A DNA stretch of 51,057 nucleotides from Nanobdellota archaeon. Lineage in GTDB: Archaea > Nanobdellota > Nanobdellia > Woesearchaeales > CAZZGN01. Location of the stretch: positions 1 through 51,057 of the forward strand of contig JBNJDG010000007.1 of NCBI GenBank assembly GCA_051819665.1, given 5' to 3'. Below the pieces are notes generated by a model. That model made no database searches and was not told the origin of the DNA. It saw only the letters and a program-made list of their open reading frames with translations. Numbering within the stretch: position 1 is the first letter of the stretch; every line of letters starts with the position of its first letter. The position numbers were made by a program, and so were the translations under genes. Of the stretch, positions 26,939-36,327 are shown piece by piece.

Positions 26939-28000
26939 CTAAAACCCGAATATCTTCGCGAGATTATATTTAATATTATCCTTCTTTGCATCTGAAGCCT
27001 TCCTGAAATGGCCGGCTATCAGTTTCTGTGTGAAGGACTCATAATCCTTATATTTAAACCCGTTTATCGTCTGATTGTTCATATCGTTAAGGATATTATC
27101 AATCTCTGTATAAGAAAGATGAAGGAGCTTGAAAAAGCTTTCAACGTCCTGCCTTACATCTCCTGTAAGTTGGACCATCACCTTAGGAGGTGATTGTTCC
27201 AGCGGATCCTTCTTCTGCGAGGCCTGATCCACAAGGCTCTCGAATGATTCCATTGATTGTTTTATGAAAAAGTATATCTTTCCTGTATAATCTTTCTTCC
27301 CAAGATTTATCGTTGTTGATGATGTGTATATCTTTTCAGGTTTTATAAACTCACCCTGGAAGAAATACTTCTCCTTGAAGGATTCGTAGCTTATCGGTGT
27401 GAAATATACCTCTTCACCGAACGCATCACCTATACAACTCACGAAAGCAGGAAGCAGGATATTGAAGAATTCATTCACTGCAGAGATCTTCATGTCGTCT
27501 ATCTCCTGTCCTGAAGAAGCGGAACCCGTCATCGCCTGCATCATTATATTCGCAAAGTCAATTACCTCTTTCTTGTCCATCGAGAACATCAGAAGCCCTT
27601 CCAGAAGATTCGAGCTCTCAAAACCGAATTTAATCGTGTCATTACTGTCTATTTCCTGGAGCAGGGAATCTGCATATTCAATATCAACATTCACAAGAGG
27701 TTCAAGTTTCACTTCTGATTTCTTATGGATCATCTTCTCCACTTTCTCGATAGCCTCATTAAGGGAGAATCTCAGGAGCAAGAGGATCTTGATATTCTCT
27801 ATCTTCTGCTTACTGTAAAATTTCTTGAACACACTTTCTACTATCTTCTGACCGAAACTGATCTTCTGTTTGAAAGTCAGAGAGGAGAAACCCTTTATCC
27901 CGAACTTCCTCATCTTCTGTTTTAACAGCTGATCAGCGATTGACCTACTGAAACGGTCGTTAAAAAATTCAACAATTATCTCTTCTGCTTTCTTTTTCAT
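26939..28000 (-). CDS. Divergent CheC/CheX-like core flanked by two related unknown helical domains
   Basis: DDMKISAVNEFFNIL matches the CheC S-x2-E-x2-N motif; LEGLLMFSM..EVIDFANIMM strand-helix; N- and C-terminal segments resemble each other. Confidence 0.6.
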   Translation of the reverse strand: MKKKAEEIIVEFFNDRFSRSIADQLLKQKMRKFGIKGFSSLTFKQKISFGQKIVESVFKKFYSKQKIENIKILLLLRFSLNEAIEKVEKMIHKKSEVKLEPLVNVDIEYADSLLQEIDSNDTIKFGFESSNLLEGLLMFSMDKKEVIDFANIMMQAMTGSASSGQEIDDMKISAVNEFFNILLPAFVSCIGDAFGEEVYFTPISYESFKEKYFFQGEFIKPEKIYTSSTTINLGKKDYTGKIYFFIKQSMESFESLVDQASQKKDPLEQSPPKVMVQLTGDVRQDVESFFKLLHLSYTEIDNILNDMNNQTINGFKYKDYESFTQKLIAGHFRKASDAKKDNIKYNLAKIFGF

Positions 28001-28003
28001 TTT

Positions 28004-29962
28004 CTACCATAGACTGCCAAGATCAAGTATCAGGGCTACAGTTCCGTCACCGAGTATCGTCGCACCCGAAAGACCTTTTGTCCCTTTCACTATCTCCTGC
28101 AATGCCTTTATTAGTATCTGCTGCTGCCCCACTACAGAATCAACAACAAGACCGACTTTCTCTCCGTCCCTGTTCACTATGACCACTGTATTATCTTCTT
28201 TCTTCTCAAAATCACCTTCACCAACCAATTCATGAAGCCATAATAAGGGTATCTCCCTGCCATCAAGGATATATACTTCATTACCCTTTATCGTCTTAAC
28301 ATCGGAGAGTTTTATATCCATTATCCTCTCTACCGCATTAAGAGGGAGAGCATATACAGAGTTGGATATCTTTACGAGCATGGCTGATATGATCGCTACC
28401 GTCAGTGGAAGTTTTATCTTGATGGAAGTCCCTTTACCAGGCGTAGAGTCAAGATTGAAAGAACCTCCCAGCTGCTTCACCTTATTCGCCACTACATCCA
28501 TCCCGACACCTCTGCCGGAGACATCTGTGACTTTCTCGCTGGTGCTCCCTCCTGCACGGAAGATGAGCATCTGCAGCTGTTTATCAGTCATGTCCTTCGC
28601 TTCTTCCTCAGTTATGATCCCTTTCTTTATGAAAGACTTCTTTACCTTCTGGGGATCTATTCCAGCACCGTCATCGATTACCTCGACCACCGCATTATTC
28701 TTCTCCCTGCTAGCGACCAGCTTTAATGTCCCCTGCTCGGACTTACCAACATTGATCCTCTCATCAGGGGTCTCGATCCCATGATCGATAGAATTCCTCA
28801 ACAGATGAACTAAAGGATCCCCTATCTCATCAAGGACTGTCCTGTCGAACTCTATCTCCTGCCCTTCTATCTGGAGATCCACCTTCTTTCCTTCCTTCTT
28901 GGCAAGATCCCTGACCATCCTGGGAAAACGCTTGAATATATTACCAATAGGGACCATCCTGATCTCCATCACCTCATCCTGGAGCTCAGTACTGAGTCTG
29001 TCTATTCCTGAGACCACTCCCCTGAGATGATCATAGGTTTTTTTCTTGTCTATATCCTGGAGCCTCATATTGCTTATCAGAAGCTCCCCTACAAGATTCA
29101 CGAGCTTATCGAGCTTATTCATCTCGACCTTCACAGACTGGACCTGCTTCACAGCACTCGATTTATGCTTATCCGCGATCTTCGATTTTGACTGTTCCTT
29201 ATCCTCATGGACAGAATCATCAGAGCGTTTATAACTCTCATCAAGGCCCAGGGTATATACTTCTTTTATGCCGGAAACCTTCTTTATGACAGACTCAACC
29301 TCTTCTTTCTTTTTCTTGGAACCAAAGATCACTTCAATCTCCGATTCGAAATTTCCTTTCTTTATCTCTGCATGCTTAGGGTTAAGCCTGATGAACTCCC
29401 CTATGTTATTAAGATCCCTTATTATGACAAGGGACTTTGCTGTCTTCAATACATTCTCACTATCGAATATGAGTATTATCCTGAATATGTTCATCTTTTT
29501 CTTCTTGAGCTTATTGACATCAGTCTTTTCCTTCTTTGTAAGTTGAGCCTTCTCGTTAATTTTAACATCAACATCCTCTTTCTCATTACCGAGGAGCTCT
29601 TTCAGATCTGATATGATGCCTTCAGCGTCAAGGTTTTCAGACTTCCCGTTCTCTATCTCCTCAAGACCTGATTCCAGAACATCACATCCTTCAAAGATCT
29701 TATCCAACACATCCGATGCGGGTTTTAGTTCCTTATCCCTTATCTTGGAAAGAACATCCTCCAGAGAATGTGCAAGCTCAGAGAACTTCATGAAGCCCAT
29801 AGTCGCAGAATTGCCTTTAAGGGTATGGAACCCTCTGAAAAGCTTATGTATATTGTCCTGATCAGAAGAATCTTTCTCTAAGACCAAAAGGCCTTCATTG
29901 ATGTTATCGAGGTGTTCCCTCGCTTCCGAGATGAACTCTTTTTTGTATTCTGACATATCCAT
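28004..29962 (-). CDS. cheA: Chemotaxis histidine kinase CheA
   Basis: LFRGFHTLKG (Hpt), LDKLVNLVGEL, DPLVHLLRNSIDHGIE, DDGAGID, DVSGRGVGMDVV, GATILGDG. Confidence 0.97.
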   Translation of the reverse strand: MDMSEYKKEFISEAREHLDNINEGLLVLEKDSSDQDNIHKLFRGFHTLKGNSATMGFMKFSELAHSLEDVLSKIRDKELKPASDVLDKIFEGCDVLESGLEEIENGKSENLDAEGIISDLKELLGNEKEDVDVKINEKAQLTKKEKTDVNKLKKKKMNIFRIILIFDSENVLKTAKSLVIIRDLNNIGEFIRLNPKHAEIKKGNFESEIEVIFGSKKKKEEVESVIKKVSGIKEVYTLGLDESYKRSDDSVHEDKEQSKSKIADKHKSSAVKQVQSVKVEMNKLDKLVNLVGELLISNMRLQDIDKKKTYDHLRGVVSGIDRLSTELQDEVMEIRMVPIGNIFKRFPRMVRDLAKKEGKKVDLQIEGQEIEFDRTVLDEIGDPLVHLLRNSIDHGIETPDERINVGKSEQGTLKLVASREKNNAVVEVIDDGAGIDPQKVKKSFIKKGIITEEEAKDMTDKQLQMLIFRAGGSTSEKVTDVSGRGVGMDVVANKVKQLGGSFNLDSTPGKGTSIKIKLPLTVAIISAMLVKISNSVYALPLNAVERIMDIKLSDVKTIKGNEVYILDGREIPLLWLHELVGEGDFEKKEDNTVVIVNRDGEKVGLVVDSVVGQQQILIKALQEIVKGTKGLSGATILGDGTVALILDLGSLW

Positions 29963-29971
29963 AATAAAACC

Positions 29972-30970
29972 TCATATATCCAATAATTGCACTACGGCAA
30001 CCGTCATCTGGTCCAGAGGCACGACCTCGTCCGCCAGCCCCTCTTCAGCAACCGACTTCGGCATACCGTATATTATGCATGATTCTTCCGCTTCCGACAC
30101 CACCGTGCCGCCGTATCTCTTAATCTTCCTGCTTCCGGAGGTTCCATCCTGACCCATGCCGGTAAGGACCAAGGCGATAGTCTTATCCTTATAAACAGGC
30201 GCAGCCGAATTAAAAAGCCTGTTCACATTGGGTCTTACTCCAAGCTCAGGTGGTTTCTTGTTCAGCACCACCTTATCAGGGTCCTCCGGATCTATCTCCA
30301 TATGGTAACCTCCGGGCGCTAAAAGAGCAAGCCCGTTCTTAAGCCTGTCACCATGCTCCGCTTCCTTGACTTCAAGATCACATGCCGAATTCAGCCTCTC
30401 AGCAAAAGACCTTGTGAAAAGAGGAGGCATATGCTGAACTATCAGGATGGGTGAAGGTGTGTTGGCAGGGAATTCCTGGAGGAGTTTTTCCAGCGTCTGC
30501 GGACCACCTGTCGAAGCCCCTATAAGGATTATCTTCTCTGATGAAGGGGCAAAACTGTAAGACTTTTTCTCCGGCGTCTCATCAAATTTATGCACCCTCG
30601 CCATTGCAAGCGATTTTATCTGTTTGATTACCTTATCCTTAACCGAATCCACATTACTGGGTTTGGTTATGAAATCCACAGCCCCTGCTTTCATAGCATC
30701 GAAAGCCTTGTTGTTGTCTGAGTCACCAGTGAGCATTATGACCGGGAGAGGCCATTCTTCCATTATCTCTTCAAGGGCAGTTATACCGTCCTTGCCCGGC
30801 ATCTCAAGATCCATAAGTACTATATCAGGCCCGTGCTTCTTTACTTTCTCCAGAGCATCGTCCCCGTCCTTAGCAGTATCAACTACATCTATCTCATCAT
30901 CGGAGGAAATCATATCAGTTATAAGTTTCCTCATCAGGGCAGAATCATCAACAACCAGGGCCTTTATCAA
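29972..30970 (-). CDS. cheB: Chemotaxis methylesterase CheB (REC-CheB)
   Basis: VVDDSALMR receiver; GASTGGP, VQHMP, LTGMGQDG catalytic triad; TTG start after GAGGTG. Confidence 0.96.
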   Translation of the reverse strand: MIKALVVDDSALMRKLITDMISSDDEIDVVDTAKDGDDALEKVKKHGPDIVLMDLEMPGKDGITALEEIMEEWPLPVIMLTGDSDNNKAFDAMKAGAVDFITKPSNVDSVKDKVIKQIKSLAMARVHKFDETPEKKSYSFAPSSEKIILIGASTGGPQTLEKLLQEFPANTPSPILIVQHMPPLFTRSFAERLNSACDLEVKEAEHGDRLKNGLALLAPGGYHMEIDPEDPDKVVLNKKPPELGVRPNVNRLFNSAAPVYKDKTIALVLTGMGQDGTSGSRKIKRYGGTVVSEAEESCIIYGMPKSVAEEGLADEVVPLDQMTVAVVQLLDI

Positions 30971-30982
30971 GAGAATACACCT

Positions 30983-31336
30983 CTAATTCTGGAGTACTGA
31001 AAGTACATCCTCCTTCTTGAACGGTTTCGTTATGAAATCTGAAGCTCCTTCCTCAACTGCCTGATTAACCACTTTCTCCTGGCCCACCGAAGTGCACATC
31101 ACCACATTCGAAGACTTATCCACTTGCTTTATCCCCTTGAGAGCCTGGATTCCGTCCATATTTGGCATCATTATGTCCATGAAGACTATGTCCGGTTTGA
31201 GCTCTTTATACTTGTCTATAGCCTGCTGACCATCAGCCGCCTCACCGACAACTTCAGAGCCTGCCTCGTTAACCAATTTTTTCAGCATATTCCTCATGAA
31301 AGCTGAATCATCCGATAATAATACTTTATATCCCAT
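30983..31336 (-). CDS. cheY: Chemotaxis response regulator CheY
   Basis: DDSAFMR, YKELKPDIVFMDIMMP, MCTSVGQ, FITKPF. Confidence 0.93.
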   Translation of the reverse strand: MGYKVLLSDDSAFMRNMLKKLVNEAGSEVVGEAADGQQAIDKYKELKPDIVFMDIMMPNMDGIQALKGIKQVDKSSNVVMCTSVGQEKVVNQAVEEGASDFITKPFKKEDVLSVLQN

Positions 31337-31345
31337 CTTGTCACC

Positions 31346-31711
31346 TCAGAGGTTCTTATTCACCGCATCTGATATATCCTGTCTGCTGAAAGGTTTCATT
31401 ATGTATCCTGCCGCTCCTGCATCCTTAGCTCTCTTCTCCTGTTCCGGTTCCTTGAGAGAAGTACACATTACAACCTTGGCGGAAGAATCATTGTTTCTTA
31501 TATTCTCAAGAGCAGTTATACCGTCCATGCCGGGCATCTTGATATCCATGAAGACCAGATCCGGCTTCTCTTCCTTGTACTTTTTGACCCCTTCTTCTCC
31601 TGAATTAACAGAGATTATCTCTATATCACCTTTAGCCTCTTTCTTTATGAAATTACTCAGAACAGAGACCATAAGTTTAGAGTCCTCTACAATCAAAACT
31701 TTTTTTCCCAT
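31346..31711 (-). CDS. cheY: Second CheY-like receiver
   Basis: LIVEDS, KPDLVFMDIKMPGMDG, VMCTS, YIMKPF. Confidence 0.85.
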   Translation of the reverse strand: MGKKVLIVEDSKLMVSVLSNFIKKEAKGDIEIISVNSGEEGVKKYKEEKPDLVFMDIKMPGMDGITALENIRNNDSSAKVVMCTSLKEPEQEKRAKDAGAAGYIMKPFSRQDISDAVNKNL

Positions 31712-31717
31712 CCTTAA

Positions 31718-32824
31718 TCACCTTATATTGAAAAAATTTGTAGCTACATTACAACATCCTTTAAGGACCATATCCTCATCTTCCACTATATATACAGGCA
31801 CCTTCCTCAATACGGAAGAGCGTTTATCATGTTCCTCAAAGTGTTCCATGAACTCTCCAGACCTGAAAAGATGTTTGTTATCAACTGCGATCTTTCCTGT
31901 AATGAAAAGACCTCCATAGCATTCAGAAACGAGAGCAAGATATCTACCGGCTCTGGCGTATATGGATATGAACATACTAACAGCTTTCTTGCAGGTCTCA
32001 TCATGATCATAATTATCGAATATATTAGCCGCTTTATAACCCTCTGAAAGATTATCTATCACTCTTGTTATATCAGATTCCTCATACATACCTTTCTCTC
32101 TAAGGAAGCCATAGATCCTTTCAATTCCCCTTTCTGAAAGGACTCTCTCGAGCTCAGGATGTATGGATTCTTCGCTCAGCGAATGTTTCCTCAGGTAATC
32201 GACAAGCTCCCTCTCAAGGTCATCATATGGAGTGAAATCCATATGCCCTCCTTCTGAAGGCAGGGGTACATGGAGATGCCTGTCGTAATCATAAGGGGCG
32301 ATGGTCATACCAAGTCCCTTGCCTGCGCCAAGGACAGAACATGTGTAGCCGATCGAGCTCCCGTCAGTGAGATCCTGACCAATATGTGGAAGCTCTGTAG
32401 CCTTTGAAGACATATCTATAAGATCCAAAGCATAGCCTTCTGCCTCAAAATCATTGAGAAGGATCACCTTGTTCAGCATGGTATTGTTAAGGATCGAATC
32501 AGCATGAACTGTCCTGTCAAGGTTTGTCAGACTTATATATCCTCGTCTCCTCGACACTGGACCTGCAGCAGCAATAGCACATCTGTTCACCTCAATACCA
32601 TAATCCCTGTTATCATAATACAATACCTCATTTATGGCAGAAGAGAAGTCCCTTATATTATGAGTATTGAAATAATACTTTGTGATTATATCATAATCAT
32701 GCTTTCCCTTCACACCCATCATAGAGAGTACAGTATTATCAACATCAATGCTTCCGCATAATAAAAAGAAATCATAATCGTTAATGTCGAACCTATCCTG
32801 AGCTACAATAATCTCTTTTCTCAC
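31718..32824 (-). CDS. Glucokinase (Glk-family) homologue with degenerate ATP-binding motifs
   Basis: AAAGPV, LTN, LLNDFEA, GAGKGLG, PSEGGHMDF, ERVLS, GGLFITG, VPVYIV. Likely GTG start 32824 after GAGGTG. Confidence 0.85.
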   Translation of the reverse strand: MRKEIIVAQDRFDINDYDFFLLCGSIDVDNTVLSMMGVKGKHDYDIITKYYFNTHNIRDFSSAINEVLYYDNRDYGIEVNRCAIAAAGPVSRRRGYISLTNLDRTVHADSILNNTMLNKVILLNDFEAEGYALDLIDMSSKATELPHIGQDLTDGSSIGYTCSVLGAGKGLGMTIAPYDYDRHLHVPLPSEGGHMDFTPYDDLERELVDYLRKHSLSEESIHPELERVLSERGIERIYGFLREKGMYEESDITRVIDNLSEGYKAANIFDNYDHDETCKKAVSMFISIYARAGRYLALVSECYGGLFITGKIAVDNKHLFRSGEFMEHFEEHDKRSSVLRKVPVYIVEDEDMVLKGCCNVATNFFNIR

Positions 32825-32935
32825 AAAGACACCTCTTTTTAAATACCTATACATAATGTCTTCGTTCTGATTATTAAATGTTTCGATTAGATGGATAGAA
32901 AGATTTAAAATATAAAAGTTAGATTATAGGATAAT

Positions 32936-33907
32936 ATGTCCTTTGAAATATTATTCAGGCCGAAAGAACTCTTAAAGAATCCGGTCAAGCTGTTCATCCT
33001 CTCACTAATCGTAGTAAGCATAGGAGTTCTGCTCTCATTCCGCATCTTCCCTGCTTCTTCATCTATCCTGATAGTGACATTCACAGTCATACCGCTCATC
33101 CCGATAATAACGAGGATGATGGAGGACGAGGAAAAGGTCTTCATAAAAGAGAAGATGAGCCGGATCTTCAAGCACAAGGTCATCAAGATGTACTTCCTCC
33201 TCTTCATATTCCTCTCAATAAGTTTCTCTCTATGGTTTGTGGCAATGCCTGAGCAGAAATCGATGGATCTTTTCGGGGAACAACTGAAATCGCTTGAGCT
33301 GGGAGGCAATGAAGAAAGCTTCGGTCTCGAGGGATGCACTGATGCGTATTTCTCGAACAGGATAAGCGAATACGAGACCTGTAAGGTAGTGGATTTCGAT
33401 GATGACATGGTGGAAGAGTACGTCATAGAGACAGAGGAGAGAAAAGTGATCTACAGCGTCAAGGAGGATAATTTCAGACCCTACAACCAATGGATGTTCT
33501 CCCACATTACCAGCAACAACCTTACCATACTTCTCTTCATATTCCTTACTTCTTTCGCATTAGGAGCAGGCGCTATATTCACTATAGCCTGGAACGCTTC
33601 CATCCTCGGTGTGTTCATAGGAGAGGCGATGCATCGATCCATAGGGATAATCGCCAATGTTAAAGGATATCTTTCTGCATTGTCAAGCTCTCTCCTCGCT
33701 ATATTCGTACATGGCATCTTCGAGATCACCGGTTTCATAACAGCTGCACTGGCAGGAGGTATATTATCTGTAGCTGTCATAAAGAAAGTCAAAGGTATCG
33801 ATATGAACAAGAGGCATCTTAAGACCATAATCATCGATACTTCCATCCTCCTCATATCTTCAGTGGCCCTGATAATAATCGCTGCCCTGTTAGAGGTTCA
33901 CTTATGA
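32936..33907 (+). CDS. SpoIIM/DUF95-family integral membrane protein
   Basis: NNLTILL, AWNASILG, HGIFEITGFITAALAGG, IAALLEV. Confidence 0.8.
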   Translation: MSFEILFRPKELLKNPVKLFILSLIVVSIGVLLSFRIFPASSSILIVTFTVIPLIPIITRMMEDEEKVFIKEKMSRIFKHKVIKMYFLLFIFLSISFSLWFVAMPEQKSMDLFGEQLKSLELGGNEESFGLEGCTDAYFSNRISEYETCKVVDFDDDMVEEYVIETEERKVIYSVKEDNFRPYNQWMFSHITSNNLTILLFIFLTSFALGAGAIFTIAWNASILGVFIGEAMHRSIGIIANVKGYLSALSSSLLAIFVHGIFEITGFITAALAGGILSVAVIKKVKGIDMNKRHLKTIIIDTSILLISSVALIIIAALLEVHL

Positions 33908-35289
33908 TCTGCCTTATCGAAGCACCTTTTGACTGGACTGACAGGAAGACCATAAAAGTTCCCAACTACGGCCTGGAAAGGATCGCCGGAAAGCTTGATG
34001 AAGTGCCATATTACGTCGATTTCACTATACACCAGGATTATTCTATAGACAGTGTCCCAAAAACAGCTTTATACGGTTTCTCTGTAATGCGACCCAATTT
34101 CAGGAGCAGTATAAGCATGGCCCGGGAACTTAAGAAAAGGGATCCCCATTGCAAGATAATCTTCGGGGGCCCGAGTGTCACCGACCTGGGCAAAAGAATA
34201 ATGGATAATGAATGTGTCGATTACTGTATAGAGGGGATGAACGAGAATTCCTTCAGGGATCTTGTTGAAGGGAAAGAACCGGCAAAGATACCCAACCTTA
34301 TCTACAGGAAAGACAGAAAGGCCATAGAGAACAGGAAAGAACCCGTCCCGAAAGGATGGGAAAGGATAATGCCCGGGAGGCTTAATCAAGTCATAGAAGG
34401 CAGATACAGAGATGACCTAACCATAGTCCTGGGAAGTCTCGGATGCAGCCACAAATGCAGATTCTGCAACATCACCAAGAGCCAGCCCATCTTTGCAGAA
34501 AGGAAGGACAGACATATAATAAAAGAGATAAAGCAAAGGGGAAAGAAGGATTATAAGCTCCAGATCATGCATCAGAATTTCACCTACCGGCTCCCGGGAT
34601 TCATGGAGAAACTCAGGAAGTCAGAGCTGCTCCCCTCATCGATCGCTTTCAACTCGAGACCAGACACTTTCCTGGATAACAAAGAGGAGTTCGAGGAAAC
34701 TCTCAGTGAATTCAGGGATACTGTGTTCGTATTATACACCGGCATCGAGAATTACGACAATAGAGAACTTAAGAGACTGGGAAAGGACATAACGAGAGAG
34801 AAGAACGTTGAAGCTACAAAAGAGCTTATAGAGCTTGAAAAGAAACATGATAATTTCGATTTCCTCCTGAGTTTCATTGGATACAACCATAAGACCACGA
34901 CGGACAACCTGAATAATAATCAGAAAGTCCTGAAGGAACTCTTTGTGGATAAGAGAGAGTTAAAGCCCATACATCATTTCTTCGAATCAGGACTAAGGAC
35001 CAGCCCTTTTAATGGCGATTATCCTGAGAACATATTTGAAGTGCCGGAAGACAAAGAGACAGCAGACAAGATAAACCGATACCTCTTCCTTACCCAAGAT
35101 CTGCCTTCCTTTGAGGAAAGGAAATACCTCTACTTAGAATCGGTAATCGATCCCTTCAGGGAACCGAGCTTAAACCTGCCATGGGCAGAGATATACTGTA
35201 TGGAGAATATACTCAACAACAGATTCGATGAAGCTGCAAGAAAAATAAAAGAATGCAAAGAAGAATATAAAAGCCTCAGGATTGGTTAG
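33904..35289 (+). CDS. Cobalamin-binding-domain radical SAM enzyme
   Basis: LYGFSV...IIFGGPSVT B12-binding-like domain; SLGCSHKCRFC; TGIEN...LKRLGK. Confidence 0.8.
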   Translation: MICLIEAPFDWTDRKTIKVPNYGLERIAGKLDEVPYYVDFTIHQDYSIDSVPKTALYGFSVMRPNFRSSISMARELKKRDPHCKIIFGGPSVTDLGKRIMDNECVDYCIEGMNENSFRDLVEGKEPAKIPNLIYRKDRKAIENRKEPVPKGWERIMPGRLNQVIEGRYRDDLTIVLGSLGCSHKCRFCNITKSQPIFAERKDRHIIKEIKQRGKKDYKLQIMHQNFTYRLPGFMEKLRKSELLPSSIAFNSRPDTFLDNKEEFEETLSEFRDTVFVLYTGIENYDNRELKRLGKDITREKNVEATKELIELEKKHDNFDFLLSFIGYNHKTTTDNLNNNQKVLKELFVDKRELKPIHHFFESGLRTSPFNGDYPENIFEVPEDKETADKINRYLFLTQDLPSFEERKYLYLESVIDPFREPSLNLPWAEIYCMENILNNRFDEAARKIKECKEEYKSLRIG

Positions 35290-35503
35290 ACTGTTCCTGT
35301 CCTGAGTTGTTCTGAGATTCTCCTTTCGCCTCTTTCTCCTGTGCCTCAAGCTTTTTCATGAGCTCTTTCTCTGAAAGCACGTCCTTCTCTATGAGAAGGT
35401 CTACAAGAGTATTCAGAAGGATGTTGTTATTTGCTGCAAGATCCTCTGTTGAAAGGTACTCATTATCGTCCTGGTTATTTTCTTTCTGATTTTCTTCGGC
35501 CAT
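35276..35503 (-). CDS. Small hypothetical protein
   Basis: LLNTLVDLLIEKDVLSEKEL amphipathic core; AGGTGA upstream of ATG. Confidence 0.7.
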   Translation of the reverse strand: MAEENQKENNQDDNEYLSTEDLAANNNILLNTLVDLLIEKDVLSEKELMKKLEAQEKEAKGESQNNSGQEQSNQS

Positions 35504-35592
35504 TGATTATCACCTGATTTATGGCGCTACTTCATGCTTTAAATTACTTTCGGAAGAAAAAGCTTATAAATCCCTTGTACAGAAGAGACAAT

Positions 35593-36327
35593 ATGCCTTC
35601 AGGATGGGAATATAAACAAAGGGTAAGGAAATTTTTCACTTTCGGATACAGGGAGAATCTTCAGATAATTACATCCATTCTTATCATCACTTTCATATGG
35701 GCCTTCAACTATGATTCTGAAAGTTTCATCCTCTCAGATTGGATCTGGAACTTTATCCTCACCCTGATAATGGTCACTATCTCCTTTTATGTCCACATCT
35801 CCGCCCAGAAACTTGCAGCACTCTACTATGGATACAGGGTAAGATACAAGCAAAGCTTCACAGGGATGATCCTTTCGATCATCGTTGCCATTATCTCCAA
35901 CGGGATGTTCCCTGTGCTCATCGTGGGAGGGATAACGCTGAGCCACCTCTCCAGGTTAAGGATAGGAGAATTCAGATACGGCCTTAACACAATGGAGAGC
36001 ATGAAATCAGCTCTTGCAGGTCCTTTCGCGAATGTCTTCCTCGTGATGTTCATAAAGACAACCCAATGGATAATAGGCATAGAATCAGCCTGGATTGATG
36101 ATATGTTCGTCTTCAATCTTGTATTCGCTGTTTATATGATGCTCCCGATAAAACCCCTACCAGGAGTTTATGTATTCTTCGGTTCGAGGGTGTGGTATGT
36201 ATTCGCTTTCTCTGTAATGCTGACATATATACTGCTCATAATCCTATTCGATTATTACTCACTGATAGGAGGACTGGTTTTAGGCGGTCTGATCTACCTG
36301 ATATACTTTTGGAATGTGGAAAAATGA
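35593..36327 (+). CDS. Site-2 protease (M50)-like membrane protein, probably inactive
   Basis: HISAQK in place of HExxH, ALAGPFAN, LPIKPLPG in place of NLLP.PPLDG. Likely start MPSGW 35593. Confidence 0.65.
   Translation: MPSGWEYKQRVRKFFTFGYRENLQIITSILIITFIWAFNYDSESFILSDWIWNFILTLIMVTISFYVHISAQKLAALYYGYRVRYKQSFTGMILSIIVAIISNGMFPVLIVGGITLSHLSRLRIGEFRYGLNTMESMKSALAGPFANVFLVMFIKTTQWIIGIESAWIDDMFVFNLVFAVYMMLPIKPLPGVYVFFGSRVWYVFAFSVMLTYILLIILFDYYSLIGGLVLGGLIYLIYFWNVEK

Noticed and set aside
31296..31919. Long antisense ORFs (207 aa here; also 41368-42048, 20441-21136, 32905-33426 and similar)
   Set aside because: They overlap well-supported genes in another frame or strand, are S/F/L-rich mirror translations, and have no motifs
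31718..32854. Glucokinase homologue as a decaying pseudogene
   Set aside because: No stops or frameshifts, intact RBS, and substitutions concentrated in ATP-site motifs; kept as a finding instead
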